Source: a bacterium
GTDB lineage: Bacteria; SZUA-182; DTGQ01; JAFGSM01
Assembly (NCBI GenBank): GCA_049472335.1
Contig: JBLIRO010000031.1
Span: 1 to 55,877 of the forward strand
Reading direction: 5' to 3'
DNA length: 55,877 bases
The translations under genes and the position numbers were made by a program. Below, one piece after another: positions 46,156 to 55,404 of the stretch (position 1 is its first letter; the number at the start of each line of letters is the position of its first letter). The notes under the pieces are model-generated. The model was not told the DNA's origin. It ran no database searches and was given only the letters and a program-made list of their open reading frames with translations.

Positions 46156-47448
46156 TCAAGCAATTTCCCTATGATCCGGATAACGGTATATAAGGCCTTC
46201 ATAATTTTTTAATAATACATAATCCTCATCCCTTCCCATTACGGTTTCGGGAAATAGGGAAATTTTTCCGCCTCCCCCGGGTGCGTCAATGACATAAGTG
46301 GGTACGGCATATCCTGTGGTATATCCCCTTAACCCCTTAATTATTTCGAGACCTTTTTTTACCGGAGTTCTAAAATGCGCAGAACCCGATACCGGATCAC
46401 ATTGATAAAGATAATAGGGTTTTACGCGAATTTTCAGCAAACCATGGACCAATCTTTTCATCGTTTCCACATCATCATTTATACCCGATAATAAAACGGT
46501 CTGGCTGCCGAGAGGTATACCGGCATCTGCCAATCGAATACACGCATGACTCATTTCAGGTGTTATCTCATCCGGATGTGTAACATGTATGCTCATCCAT
46601 AAGGGATGATAACGCCTGAGCATTCGAATAAGATGCGAATTTATTCGGTGCGGCAAGACAACGGGGACCTTGGTCCCGATCCTTAATAACTCGACATGAG
46701 GTATACGACGCAAGCGGCTGAGAAGCCAGTCCAATTTTTCATCCGAGAGGGTTAAAGGGTCCCCGCCCGATATAAGCACATCACGAATCGTTGGTGTTTT
46801 TTCTATATAGTTAATAGCTCCTTCCCATTTAGCCATATTTAAATGGGATTTGCCGCCAACACCTATCATGCGTGAGCGGGTGCAATAGCGGCAATACGTC
46901 GAGCAGAAATCTGTAACCAGAAATAACACCCGGTCCGGATATCGATGCACTATACAAGGGACGGGACTATGCGTATCTTCACCGAGCGGATCATCCGCTT
47001 CACCCGGACTCCTTAAAAACTCGGCGCTTACCGGGATAACGCATCGCCTTATTGCCTGTTTCGGATCCTTTCCGTCAATCAGGCTTGCGTAATAAGGAGT
47101 AATTGACATAGGAAGTGAGCCTTGGTGACCATTAATCCCTTCAATCTCATCCCCTGAAAGTTTGATTATCCTTTCTAATTCCTCCCTGCTTTGTATGCGA
47201 TTACGCAGTTGCCACCTCCAATCATGCCACTGATAGGAGGTTACGTTAGGGTAAAAACGTTTTCGAAAGTAAGTGGTTCGTTCGTTTATCTCGCTATTAA
47301 CGAATGAGTCCTGGTGGTCAAATACAATATAAGGAATCTTTTTGGATACAACCTTATTTACGTCTACATCTGTATTATCTTCACAAATAATGCTACTACC
47401 AGGAGGTTCAACTTCCTCCTTCATCTCAATCGAATTTCGTTTAATCAT
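46156..47448 (-). CDS. kamA: KamA-family radical SAM/PLP 2,3-aminomutase (lysine-type residues)
   Basis: DPLGED, HRYPDRVL, CSTYCRYCTR, SGGDPL, YLYQCD, IDAPGGGGK (PLP Lys). Confidence 0.92.
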   Translation of the reverse strand: MIKRNSIEMKEEVEPPGSSIICEDNTDVDVNKVVSKKIPYIVFDHQDSFVNSEINERTTYFRKRFYPNVTSYQWHDWRWQLRNRIQSREELERIIKLSGDEIEGINGHQGSLPMSITPYYASLIDGKDPKQAIRRCVIPVSAEFLRSPGEADDPLGEDTHSPVPCIVHRYPDRVLFLVTDFCSTYCRYCTRSRMIGVGGKSHLNMAKWEGAINYIEKTPTIRDVLISGGDPLTLSDEKLDWLLSRLRRIPHVELLRIGTKVPVVLPHRINSHLIRMLRRYHPLWMSIHVTHPDEITPEMSHACIRLADAGIPLGSQTVLLSGINDDVETMKRLVHGLLKIRVKPYYLYQCDPVSGSAHFRTPVKKGLEIIKGLRGYTTGYAVPTYVIDAPGGGGKISLFPETVMGRDEDYVLLKNYEGLIYRYPDHREIA

Positions 47449-47489
47449 CTGTCTTTACCCTTTTCTAATAATTTAATATTTTTAAAACG

Positions 47490-47795
47490 TTACGCTCTGT
47501 TTTCCTCTAAAAATTCATCTTCGTCAAGCAATTCGTAACTCTCGACAAAAATGGATTTGCTTCCATCTTCATTAAGATTTATGAATCCTGTTATTTTTAC
47601 AGGCTCGTATACCAGATTCAACAATTCATCCGTGAAATCATTTTCCTCAATAAGGTATTCCTCCTCATCTGATGTGGATAAGCAGATGGCAATAACATTA
47701 TCATTTTTATCCCATTTCATGGCGGTTATAATGCCTTTAATGGTTACAGACGGCATAAAATGGTGATTATTCATAAAGCTCTCCTTGTTTTTCAT
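47490..47795 (-). CDS. Small acidic beta-rich hypothetical protein
   Basis: 101 aa ORF, first gene after the sigma54 promoter. Confidence 0.7.
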   Translation of the reverse strand: MKNKESFMNNHHFMPSVTIKGIITAMKWDKNDNVIAICLSTSDEEEYLIEENDFTDELLNLVYEPVKITGFINLNEDGSKSIFVESYELLDEDEFLEENRA

Positions 47796-47829
47796 TTCGA
47801 TTATGGTGTCTTGCTACATAATCTAATCA

Positions 47830-47845
47830 TGCATTTAAGATGCCA
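47830..47845 (-). promoter_or_regulatory. sigma54 (-24/-12) promoter of the kamA operon
   Basis: Minus strand TGGCATCTTAAATGCA (GG-N10-GC), about 35 nt upstream of the ORF start at 47795. Confidence 0.75.
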
Positions 47846-47897
47846 GCATTTAACATATTGATATATTTGAGATTATTTAAAAAAAGAAACTAAAACC

Positions 47898-47912
47898 GGA
47901 ATCAAGAGTTCC
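47898..47912. promoter_or_regulatory. Palindromic putative activator site GGAA-N7-TTCC
   Basis: GGAATCAAGAGTTCC. Confidence 0.55.
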
Positions 47913-48193
47913 TGTTTTTCATATATAAATCTTAATACAGTTCCTGTATTGACTTTAAAATCGGATCACTTTAATAATAACAAGGATTCATATACTTTAA
48001 ATTCTTAGTAAACTACCCTGCTGCAAGCGGAAAAGATATCTTCAAAGGATTTTTTCATTCTCTATCACCGCAAGCAGCAAGGAATTAAACCCCAAGGGAT
48101 CAGATCGAAAGGAACAGAAAAGAACTAAGAATAAAAGCGGGATTAGAAAAAGAAAATGAAATATAAAAAAATTCTTATATTTTTCAAAAAACA

Positions 48194-48208
48194 GGAACTC
48201 ATAATTCC
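48194..48208. promoter_or_regulatory. Palindromic putative activator site GGAA-N7-TTCC
   Basis: GGAACTCATAATTCC. Confidence 0.5.
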
Positions 48209-48263
48209 TATTTTTTACAAACTGCCATAAACAAAGATTTACAGAGTCATTACAGGGGTGAGG

Positions 48264-49670
48264 CTATTTAAATTCTTCCTTCCGAATACCATATTTTGTT
48301 AATAGTTTATGAAGCTGACGTGAAGTTATCCCTGCGCCTTTAGCTGAATCATTGATTCGACCATTATTTAATGTCAAAAGTTCTTTTAAATAATGCTGTT
48401 CGATGTTTTCAATCCCTCTTTGTCTGACTTCCGAGAGAGTAAGCGAGGTGTCCAGAGATATCTTGGCCTGAATCGAATCAAAATCAAAAAGGTCGCTGGG
48501 AAAGCTATCGGGAGTTAAGACAGAAGTGGCTTCCAGGATATAGGCCCTCTCGATAAGGTTTTCCAATTCACGAATATTGCCAGGCCAGTAATAATTTTCA
48601 AATGCCTCCAATACCCGGGGGTGAATACCGCTTATCTTTTTCAAATGGAGCTTGTTTAATCGCTTTAAAAAAATATTTGCAAGAAGTGGTAAATCTTCGA
48701 TCCTTTCTCTCAAGGGGGGTATATCAATCGGAAAGACATTTAAGCGATAAAAAAGATCTTTTCGGAAAGCCCCTTCATTACTCAACTTTTTAAGGTCTAT
48801 ATTGGAGGCGGCTATAATTCTAACATCCGATTCAAGGATTTCGTCTCCGCCGATACGCTGAAAAGTTTTATCCTGGAGTACCTGCAGAAGCTTGATTTGA
48901 GCTGAAGAGGTAATCGTACCGATTTCATCCAAAAAAATCGTTCCCTGATGAGCTATTTCAAACTTGCCGAGCTTTCTCTGATGGGCCCCGGTAAAAGAAC
49001 CTTTTTCATGACCAAAAAGCTCACTCTCGAGCAGGGTATCCGGAATAGCGCCGCAATGCACACTAATAAATTGATTATCACAGCGATTACTATGCCGATG
49101 GATAATCCTGGCAATTACTCCCTTTCCCGTTCCGGTCTCTCCTGTAAGGAAGACTGTTGTCTTGGTATGTGCGACCAATCTGACCTTATCAAAAACCTTT
49201 TTCATCACCGGACTGTTCGTTCTAACCGTTTCCAGGGAGTCATTATGCCAGAATTTGTCACGCAGGTAATCCAGCTCCGACTGCATCCTTATGGCTTCAT
49301 AAATACTCTCCGTAATAAATTTAACCTCATCAGGATTTATAGGATAAGTAAGGTAATTGCTTGCACCTGCCTTCACGGCGTTCACCACTTCCCTTATAAG
49401 ATCCTGCCAGGAAAGAATAATTATTTCAACTGTAGGAAAGGCATTCCATAATGGCTGGATATTTCTGTAATAATCCGGATGGCCTTTTTCATTGGTTATT
49501 TCCTGAAGAAACTTAATATCCACGAATATGAATTCATATCTTTTCTTCTGCGCCAATTCATAACATGATGCCCTGTCATGGACCTCGTCGATCTTATAGC
49601 CCGCTCTGAAACAGTTTCTTATTTCACGACATGATTCCTGATTATCCGTAGCAATCAGAATGGCCTTCAT
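48264..49670 (-). CDS. sigma54-dependent NtrC-family activator with degenerate receiver
   Basis: GETGTGK, ESELFGHEKGSFTGA, FLDEIG, FRKDLFYRLNV, WPGNIRELEN, C-terminal Fis-type HTH. Confidence 0.93.
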   Translation of the reverse strand: MKAILIATDNQESCREIRNCFRAGYKIDEVHDRASCYELAQKKRYEFIFVDIKFLQEITNEKGHPDYYRNIQPLWNAFPTVEIIILSWQDLIREVVNAVKAGASNYLTYPINPDEVKFITESIYEAIRMQSELDYLRDKFWHNDSLETVRTNSPVMKKVFDKVRLVAHTKTTVFLTGETGTGKGVIARIIHRHSNRCDNQFISVHCGAIPDTLLESELFGHEKGSFTGAHQRKLGKFEIAHQGTIFLDEIGTITSSAQIKLLQVLQDKTFQRIGGDEILESDVRIIAASNIDLKKLSNEGAFRKDLFYRLNVFPIDIPPLRERIEDLPLLANIFLKRLNKLHLKKISGIHPRVLEAFENYYWPGNIRELENLIERAYILEATSVLTPDSFPSDLFDFDSIQAKISLDTSLTLSEVRQRGIENIEQHYLKELLTLNNGRINDSAKGAGITSRQLHKLLTKYGIRKEEFK

Positions 49671-49711
49671 TGATTAAAACCTTCTGTCGGTATAATTAAT
49701 CGGTCCTTTAA

Positions 49712-50152
49712 TCATGAATTGATCTTTCCGTTTTGTCTGTTTAATTTTTTAATATCATCATATGTTTTTTTCTTGACTTCTTCCAGGCACTTAGGGCAGA
49801 AGCCATGACTGAATTCTATTTTAGAATTTTTATCAAAAAACAACTCGAAAGGCACCCAATTGCCATCGGTATCACAAATCTTTTTGCACATACAGCAGAT
49901 TTTCAAAAAGGCTTCCAGGTATCTGATCCTTCTCAATAAATTAATCGTAAAAAAAACTGTAACAGTAGCTACAATTAATACAATAATTGATTCATAAATA
50001 CCTTCCTTAAAATTGAAGGGGGTTTTAGGGGCATTAAATAATAAATTCGGCAAATCGATCGCTTCATCGATCCAGATAAAAAAGATTATAATGGCAAAAC
50101 CAATGGATTCATAAAGCAATATCATTTTTTTCATAGCTAATTTGCCTTTCAC
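49712..50152 (-). CDS. Two-TM membrane protein with C-terminal CxxC/CxxC motif
   Basis: Two hydrophobic helices; ICCMCKKI...W...FSHGFCPKC. Confidence 0.78.
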   Translation of the reverse strand: MKGKLAMKKMILLYESIGFAIIIFFIWIDEAIDLPNLLFNAPKTPFNFKEGIYESIIVLIVATVTVFFTINLLRRIRYLEAFLKICCMCKKICDTDGNWVPFELFFDKNSKIEFSHGFCPKCLEEVKKKTYDDIKKLNRQNGKINS

Positions 50153-50222
50153 TATACGGGAAAGAAATGATACCTTGATTTAATTTTTCGGTATCAGATG
50201 ATAGCATAAATCTTAAAAAAAA

Positions 50223-50237
50223 AGAACCAACAGTTCC
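50223..50237. promoter_or_regulatory. Putative activator site (GGAA-N7-TTCC, one mismatch)
   Basis: AGAACCAACAGTTCC, about 65 nt upstream of the sigma54 promoter at 50303. Confidence 0.5.
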
Positions 50238-50302
50238 TAATTTAAAAACTCTTTCTATGGTTCATGATTAATATTTTCTATATAATAAAGAGATCGGAAA
50301 AA

Positions 50303-50318
50303 TGGCACTTTTATTGCT
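50303..50318 (+). promoter_or_regulatory. sigma54 (-24/-12) promoter of the permease
   Basis: TGGCACTTTTATTGCT, a perfect match to TGGCAC-N5-TTGCW. Confidence 0.85.
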
Positions 50319-50412
50319 TCTTATAGCAAGTGGTTCTCATAGCGAGAACCCGTTCGAACAAATACACCACGGGCAATTTAAAATATTTCGGTTATTTAAA
50401 AAAAGATGATAG

Positions 50413-52641
50413 ATGCTATATAGCTCAGAAATAAAGAGGACAATCGGTTTTTGGGGAGCAACCGGAATTGGTGTCGGTGCCATTGTGGGAGGAGGCATCC
50501 TTGCTCTGGCCGGCGTAGCCTTTGCCATAGCAGGACCGTCCGCTATCGTCGCTTTTGTTCTGAATGGATGTGTCGCTTTTATTACAGCAATAAGCTTTGC
50601 GGAGATGTCCAAGGCATTCCCTGAATCCGGCGGAGCGTATACCTTCACCAAAAAGGTTTTTTCCGTGAGATCCGCGTTTGCCGTCGGATGGATACTTTGG
50701 TTCGCTTCCATAATGGCAGGAGTCTTATATGCTCTAGGATTCGCCTTTTATGCTGTGAGTGCTCTTCAAAGCCTTTGGCAGGCATTTCTGGGCAACCCTC
50801 CCCACTGGATTTCAGACCGGCCCATGATAATAATCCTTTCCATAGGAGCGATAGGTTTTTATACCATAAAGCTCAGTCATAAAACCAGCAAAGGAGGGCA
50901 ATGGGAAACTGTGGGCAAGGTTGTTCTGTTTGGCCTTCTGATAATCAGCGGCTTATGGCTTCTTAACAGGCAATCTTCAGAGGTCGTTCAAACAAAACTT
51001 TCTCCCTTCTTGGGCGGAGGATTCTCAGGACTATTTCAGGTAATGGGATATACATTCATTACCCTTCAGGGTTTTGATCTAATTGCCGCCGTGGCCGGAG
51101 AGGTAAAAAACCCTGAAAGGAACATCCCCTCTTCCATGTTTTTATCATTAAGTATTGCACTAATCATTTATATTCCCTTTCTCTTTATCATAGCCACTGT
51201 TGGGGTCCCCGCGGGCCAGAATATCAAATCATTGAGCCTTATGAATCAGGAAACGGTTGTTGCGGTTGCTATAAATAACTATCTGGGGCCTGTCGGGTAC
51301 TGGCTGATAATAACTGCCGCTGTTCTGTCCATGCTTTCCGCTCTTTATGCCAATATGCTAGCCGCTTCACGTATTGCCCTTACAATGTCACAGGATCGTA
51401 CCCTACCTCGTTTCCTCGCAAAGATAAAAGGGGATTCAGGCATTCCGGTCAGGGCGCTCTATGCAACAAGCCTTATTCTGGTTGTAAGTCTTGTTGCCAT
51501 TCCGGACTTGGCGACAGCCGGGGCTGCCGCAAGCCTGGTGTTTCTCATTTCCTTTGCCCTTGTGCATGTAACCAATATCCTGGCGAGACACAGAGGCGGT
51601 CTGGAACAAGCCACCCTGCATGGGATAAAATTTCCCTTAATCCCTTTTCTAGGGACAATCTTCTGTGGATCATTGGTTATATTTCAGGGAATCAATGTAC
51701 CTGCAGCGGGCAAGGCCGTAAGCATCTGGCTAGCCTTAGGTTTTGTCCTATACTTTACCATTCTTTCAGGCCGCGCCGAAGTCGTAGACGCCTTGTCAGA
51801 AGCAAGGGATCCTCGTCTTGTAAAGCTGAGAGGGCAGAGTCCCCTCGTTCTCATTCCTCTTGCCAATCCATCACGCGCAAAGGCCATGGTTGAGGTTGCA
51901 AATGCCCTCTCCCCTCCCCAGGTGGGACGGGCGCTTCTTCTTTTCATTGTGGCAGGGGCAATTGAATGGAAGTCAGAGAATCCTCCGCCTCAATTGCTCG
52001 CAACCCAGGAGGCTTTAAGGGAGGCCATCACGGCCTCCTTCAGATCCGATCTCTCCCCGGAGGCCCTGGTTACGGTTGCATCCGATCCCTGGGCCGAGAT
52101 TATCCGCGTCGCCCGCATACACCGGTGCAAGAGCCTACTCATCGGTGTCGGCGACCTTGTTCAGAACAAGATAAATCCATATCTCAATAAATTAATGAGC
52201 AGCGTTGACTGTGATACTGTTTTTCTGAAATCGTCCCCGGACTGGCAACTCTCAAAAGCCAAGCGTATTCTTGTCCCTGTGGGCGGAAAGGGTGATCATG
52301 ATGAGCTGCGGGCAAGGCTGCTGGGAAGCCTTTGCCGCTCCTCAGAGCGTGAGGTGACCTTTTTAAGGATTGTTTCTGCAAAGGCAACGGATGGGGATTT
52401 GAAGTGGATGCGCTATAAATTGACACGCTTTGCAGGAGACGAGGTGCCAATAGAACCTAAGGTGGAAGTAGTTCGAAAGAAAAATGTGATCGATGGTGTC
52501 AGAGAATACGCCGCTGAGAGCGATCTTGTAATCCTCGGAATTCAGCGGATGGGCCGCCGGAAAAAGGTGTTTGGAGATATAGCGATGGAAATCGCCCGTG
52601 TCACCCCCGGCGCGACCATTTTGATCAGCAGGCGTGGGTAA
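50413..52641 (+). CDS. APC-family amino acid permease with C-terminal universal stress protein domains
   Basis: GVGAIVGGGI, AEMSKAFPESGGAY, GFDLIAAVAGEVKNPERNIP, ASRIALTMSQDRTLP; C-terminal VLIPLANP and RILVPVGG...SDLVILG. Confidence 0.92.
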   Translation: MLYSSEIKRTIGFWGATGIGVGAIVGGGILALAGVAFAIAGPSAIVAFVLNGCVAFITAISFAEMSKAFPESGGAYTFTKKVFSVRSAFAVGWILWFASIMAGVLYALGFAFYAVSALQSLWQAFLGNPPHWISDRPMIIILSIGAIGFYTIKLSHKTSKGGQWETVGKVVLFGLLIISGLWLLNRQSSEVVQTKLSPFLGGGFSGLFQVMGYTFITLQGFDLIAAVAGEVKNPERNIPSSMFLSLSIALIIYIPFLFIIATVGVPAGQNIKSLSLMNQETVVAVAINNYLGPVGYWLIITAAVLSMLSALYANMLAASRIALTMSQDRTLPRFLAKIKGDSGIPVRALYATSLILVVSLVAIPDLATAGAAASLVFLISFALVHVTNILARHRGGLEQATLHGIKFPLIPFLGTIFCGSLVIFQGINVPAAGKAVSIWLALGFVLYFTILSGRAEVVDALSEARDPRLVKLRGQSPLVLIPLANPSRAKAMVEVANALSPPQVGRALLLFIVAGAIEWKSENPPPQLLATQEALREAITASFRSDLSPEALVTVASDPWAEIIRVARIHRCKSLLIGVGDLVQNKINPYLNKLMSSVDCDTVFLKSSPDWQLSKAKRILVPVGGKGDHDELRARLLGSLCRSSEREVTFLRIVSAKATDGDLKWMRYKLTRFAGDEVPIEPKVEVVRKKNVIDGVREYAAESDLVILGIQRMGRRKKVFGDIAMEIARVTPGATILISRRG

Positions 52642-52782
52642 TACACTATAAATGGGATGACATCCCAATATATCCATATTATCATATTCTAAGCTTACAA
52701 TGCATCGAGCCTTCCACCTGTGATAGCATTACCCTTTAAGAAATCTATATAATCAATAAAAAAACAAAAATAGGGAGATAGC

Positions 52783-53313
52783 TGTCCCTCGCAAAAATTA
52801 AATTAAAGGAAGTTCTGACAGACAATATCCAAATTTAAAGAACTAATAATAGGGAATTGAGCTTTAAAATTCTGGGCGCACCCAAAAGCAGATTTTCCTC
52901 TATCATATTCTCAATAATCCTTCGAATTTCAGGATCAACTGGTGATCGACCTGGCCCTCTTTTTCTGGATTTGTACCGCCAGAACAGCTTGAATTCCTTT
53001 TTATGCCAACGGATTACTGTTTCTGGTTTTACAACGGCCAATACATCTTGCCAGTCTTTCCATAAGTAAGATAGTGATACCAAAGCATTCGATCCCCTGT
53101 ACGGATCTTTGGCCGTTTAATGGATTGTTTCATTGCTGTCAACTGTTGCTTAAAGAGCTGGATTCTTAATAATGAGATGGGAATTCAGCTTACTAAACAT
53201 CAAAAACATGAATAGAACAAGTATACATATAATCACCATAATGGTTAAAAATTAAATCAGAGAAATCTTGAAGAGTCAATAATTTCAATAGGGACGAATT
53301 CTTGCTAGGGACA
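52783..53313 (-). mobile_element. Internally deleted IS481/IS3-like element with terminal IRs
   Basis: TGTCCCTCGCAAAAATT versus reverse complement TGTCCCTAGCAAGAATT (15/17); internal remnant VVKPETVIRWHKK.F.LFW..KS...GR...EIRRII.NM.EEN.LLGAPRI. Confidence 0.75.
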
Positions 53314-53642
53314 ACAAACCCTAATATGACCGGCTTTCACAGGCCATGAGTCAACAATATTGCCGGGATTTAAGGGGATTAATCGTTGGAACACGTCACC
53401 GCGACAATCGCTCAATCAAATCGGGGGCACACTCCGTTGAAAAGTCTGAGACCAGTATTCGACCAAGCGAGTCTGATCCCCATTGATCCGGTAACCCCGT
53501 TGGGCCGGTAGCAATCACCCGCATTGGCTGAAATGTGTCGGTGTTCTAAATGCCACTGCCCGCGGCCATTTAATCTTTTGTGTATCCCAATTCGACGCTT
53601 TGTAGATTGCGCTGGTCCGAATCCAATGTCGGTTACAGGACA

Positions 53643-55082
53643 TCAGGACCCGACCATTCCCAGGCCTTCGTCTATCCGCCCACGCGTCGAGGTCCAAGTC
53701 CGATCGTCCCGCGCGAGCCCCACATCGATTTCACTCAATGTCGCCTTGATGGCCTGCTTCAGCTCCACACTGCCTTTCACGTAATCGTTCCAACGCAGCC
53801 AATCGACCAATACGATGACGCAGTTATATATGTAGTTGGCGTTGTCATAGTTGCGGGAATCCGTCGCCACCTCGGTCAGGATCTGGATCGTTGCCGCGAG
53901 CGTTGCGGAGTCCGTGGACTGGCCCAGTAACTGGGCCGTATTCGTGCGGATAATCCTATCGGGATCACCCAGCAGCGGCACGATAGCCTTGAGTTGATCG
54001 TGGTCCAGCACCAGCGGTTGGGGCATCAGCATGAGAGCCGTCACCACGCCGACGCGCATGCGGTAGTTGGACGGAGCACCCGCCAAGGCCTCGAGTAGCG
54101 GACCTACCGCTTCCGACCCGTAGTCGGAGATCTTGCTGCGGGCGAGGCGCCGCGTGGAGGCCTCTTCCGACTCGAGCTCTGCAATTAGGGTCGTTAGCTC
54201 TTTGGTCTCTGGGGCGACACCGGCCCGCGACTCGTACTGCGTTCGCAGCGCGCGCACCGCCTCAAGCTGCTCCGCGAGCGTCCTCTCCTTCTCGCGCCGG
54301 GCATCCTCAAGGACCGTCTCGGGAACTGCGACGGCGACTTCGCCAACCGCGCCTTCGCCCGAAGGAGATGCGCCCTCGAGCTCGCGCAGGGCAGTTAAGA
54401 TCTGGCGGTTCAGCTCATCGGGACTATCGATGTCACTGGTCGCATGGACCTCCGCGATCCGTTTGATGGCATCGACGCCAATCCCGCGCAAATCAGCATT
54501 GTTCCAACGTTGGGTCAGCTTGATGATGGAGGCGACGCATTTCTCGATGACGCGAGCGTCGTCGGAGAGTTCGCCGATCTTCTTCAGCGCGTCGATGGCC
54601 GCTTGCCGGATGGCGACGTCGCCACTGGCTTCGGCAATCGGAAGCCAGCGGTCCAGATCCCTATCCTTCCCGCCGATGTGTGCGAGCGTCTCGCTATCGT
54701 TCGCAAGCAGCGCCAAGTGCAGGGGAAGCAGGTCGACCTGCTCGCGTACCCCCTCCTCGCGAATCTCGCCCGTCAGGCTCATGCGAATGTCCTTCTTGAT
54801 GGCGAGCAAGGAGATCAGGACTCGGTGTGTCTTCTCGTCCTCGAGCCCCAGCGCCTCGAGGTATTCCTTGGCGCGCTCCATGAGCTTGGTAGACTGCACG
54901 GTGATTGCGAGACGCTCGTCGTGCTGCTGTTGCTGCTGATCGAGAGTCTTGCAGATCAGATACTGCTCGAACGACAGCCAGCCGCCCAGCAACGCAATCG
55001 TAACTGCTAGCTGGACAGTCTCCAGACGGCCGCGCAATTTCCGGTTCGGACTCATCTGGTTATCTACTTCACCATTAGTCAT
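53643..55082 (-). CDS. Membrane-anchored HEAT-repeat protein on a GC-rich segment
   Basis: N-terminal TM (LAVTIALLGGWLSF); HEAT-like units (DVAIRQAAIDAL, EASTRRLARSKI...AVGPLLEAL, LLGDPDRIIRTNTAQLLG); visibly much higher GC than the flanks. Confidence 0.75.
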   Translation of the reverse strand: MTNGEVDNQMSPNRKLRGRLETVQLAVTIALLGGWLSFEQYLICKTLDQQQQQHDERLAITVQSTKLMERAKEYLEALGLEDEKTHRVLISLLAIKKDIRMSLTGEIREEGVREQVDLLPLHLALLANDSETLAHIGGKDRDLDRWLPIAEASGDVAIRQAAIDALKKIGELSDDARVIEKCVASIIKLTQRWNNADLRGIGVDAIKRIAEVHATSDIDSPDELNRQILTALRELEGASPSGEGAVGEVAVAVPETVLEDARREKERTLAEQLEAVRALRTQYESRAGVAPETKELTTLIAELESEEASTRRLARSKISDYGSEAVGPLLEALAGAPSNYRMRVGVVTALMLMPQPLVLDHDQLKAIVPLLGDPDRIIRTNTAQLLGQSTDSATLAATIQILTEVATDSRNYDNANYIYNCVIVLVDWLRWNDYVKGSVELKQAIKATLSEIDVGLARDDRTWTSTRGRIDEGLGMVGS

Positions 55083-55404
55083 CCCTGCATCCCCCTCGGT
55101 TGGACCGCACGCTGCATCCTCGAAACCACGATCCGGCAGTTACAACGGATCTGGGCACATACCAATTGTTTAACAAGAATCACGCCTTTTTCTAGCACGC
55201 AAGATACGCAGAAACCGTGGTTTATACTCGATTATTCTCCGAATCAATGGAATCAGATCCCATCCAACAGCACGAGACTAGTTGTCCTTTATAGACTAAA
55301 AACTTAACAAATGAGTCAAGTTTTTACCGATTGTTTTAGTGCGAAATGGAAACTATTCTAGTTTCTAGTCTCTGGATTCTGGATCTTTAATACTTTTTGT
55401 CGAA

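Noticed and set aside
46156..47448. EpmB (EF-P beta-lysylation)
   Set aside because: Longer KamA-type protein with APGGGGK, and no efp or epmA adjacent
48013..48095. CCCTGCTGCAAGCGG...CCGCAAGCAGCAAGG, resembling a decayed REP/MITE or IS200/605-type end
   Set aside because: Too degenerate and single-copy here to support a call
53515..55173. Long plus-strand ORFs (268, 188, 116 aa)
   Set aside because: Antisense shadows of the GC-rich HEAT-repeat gene
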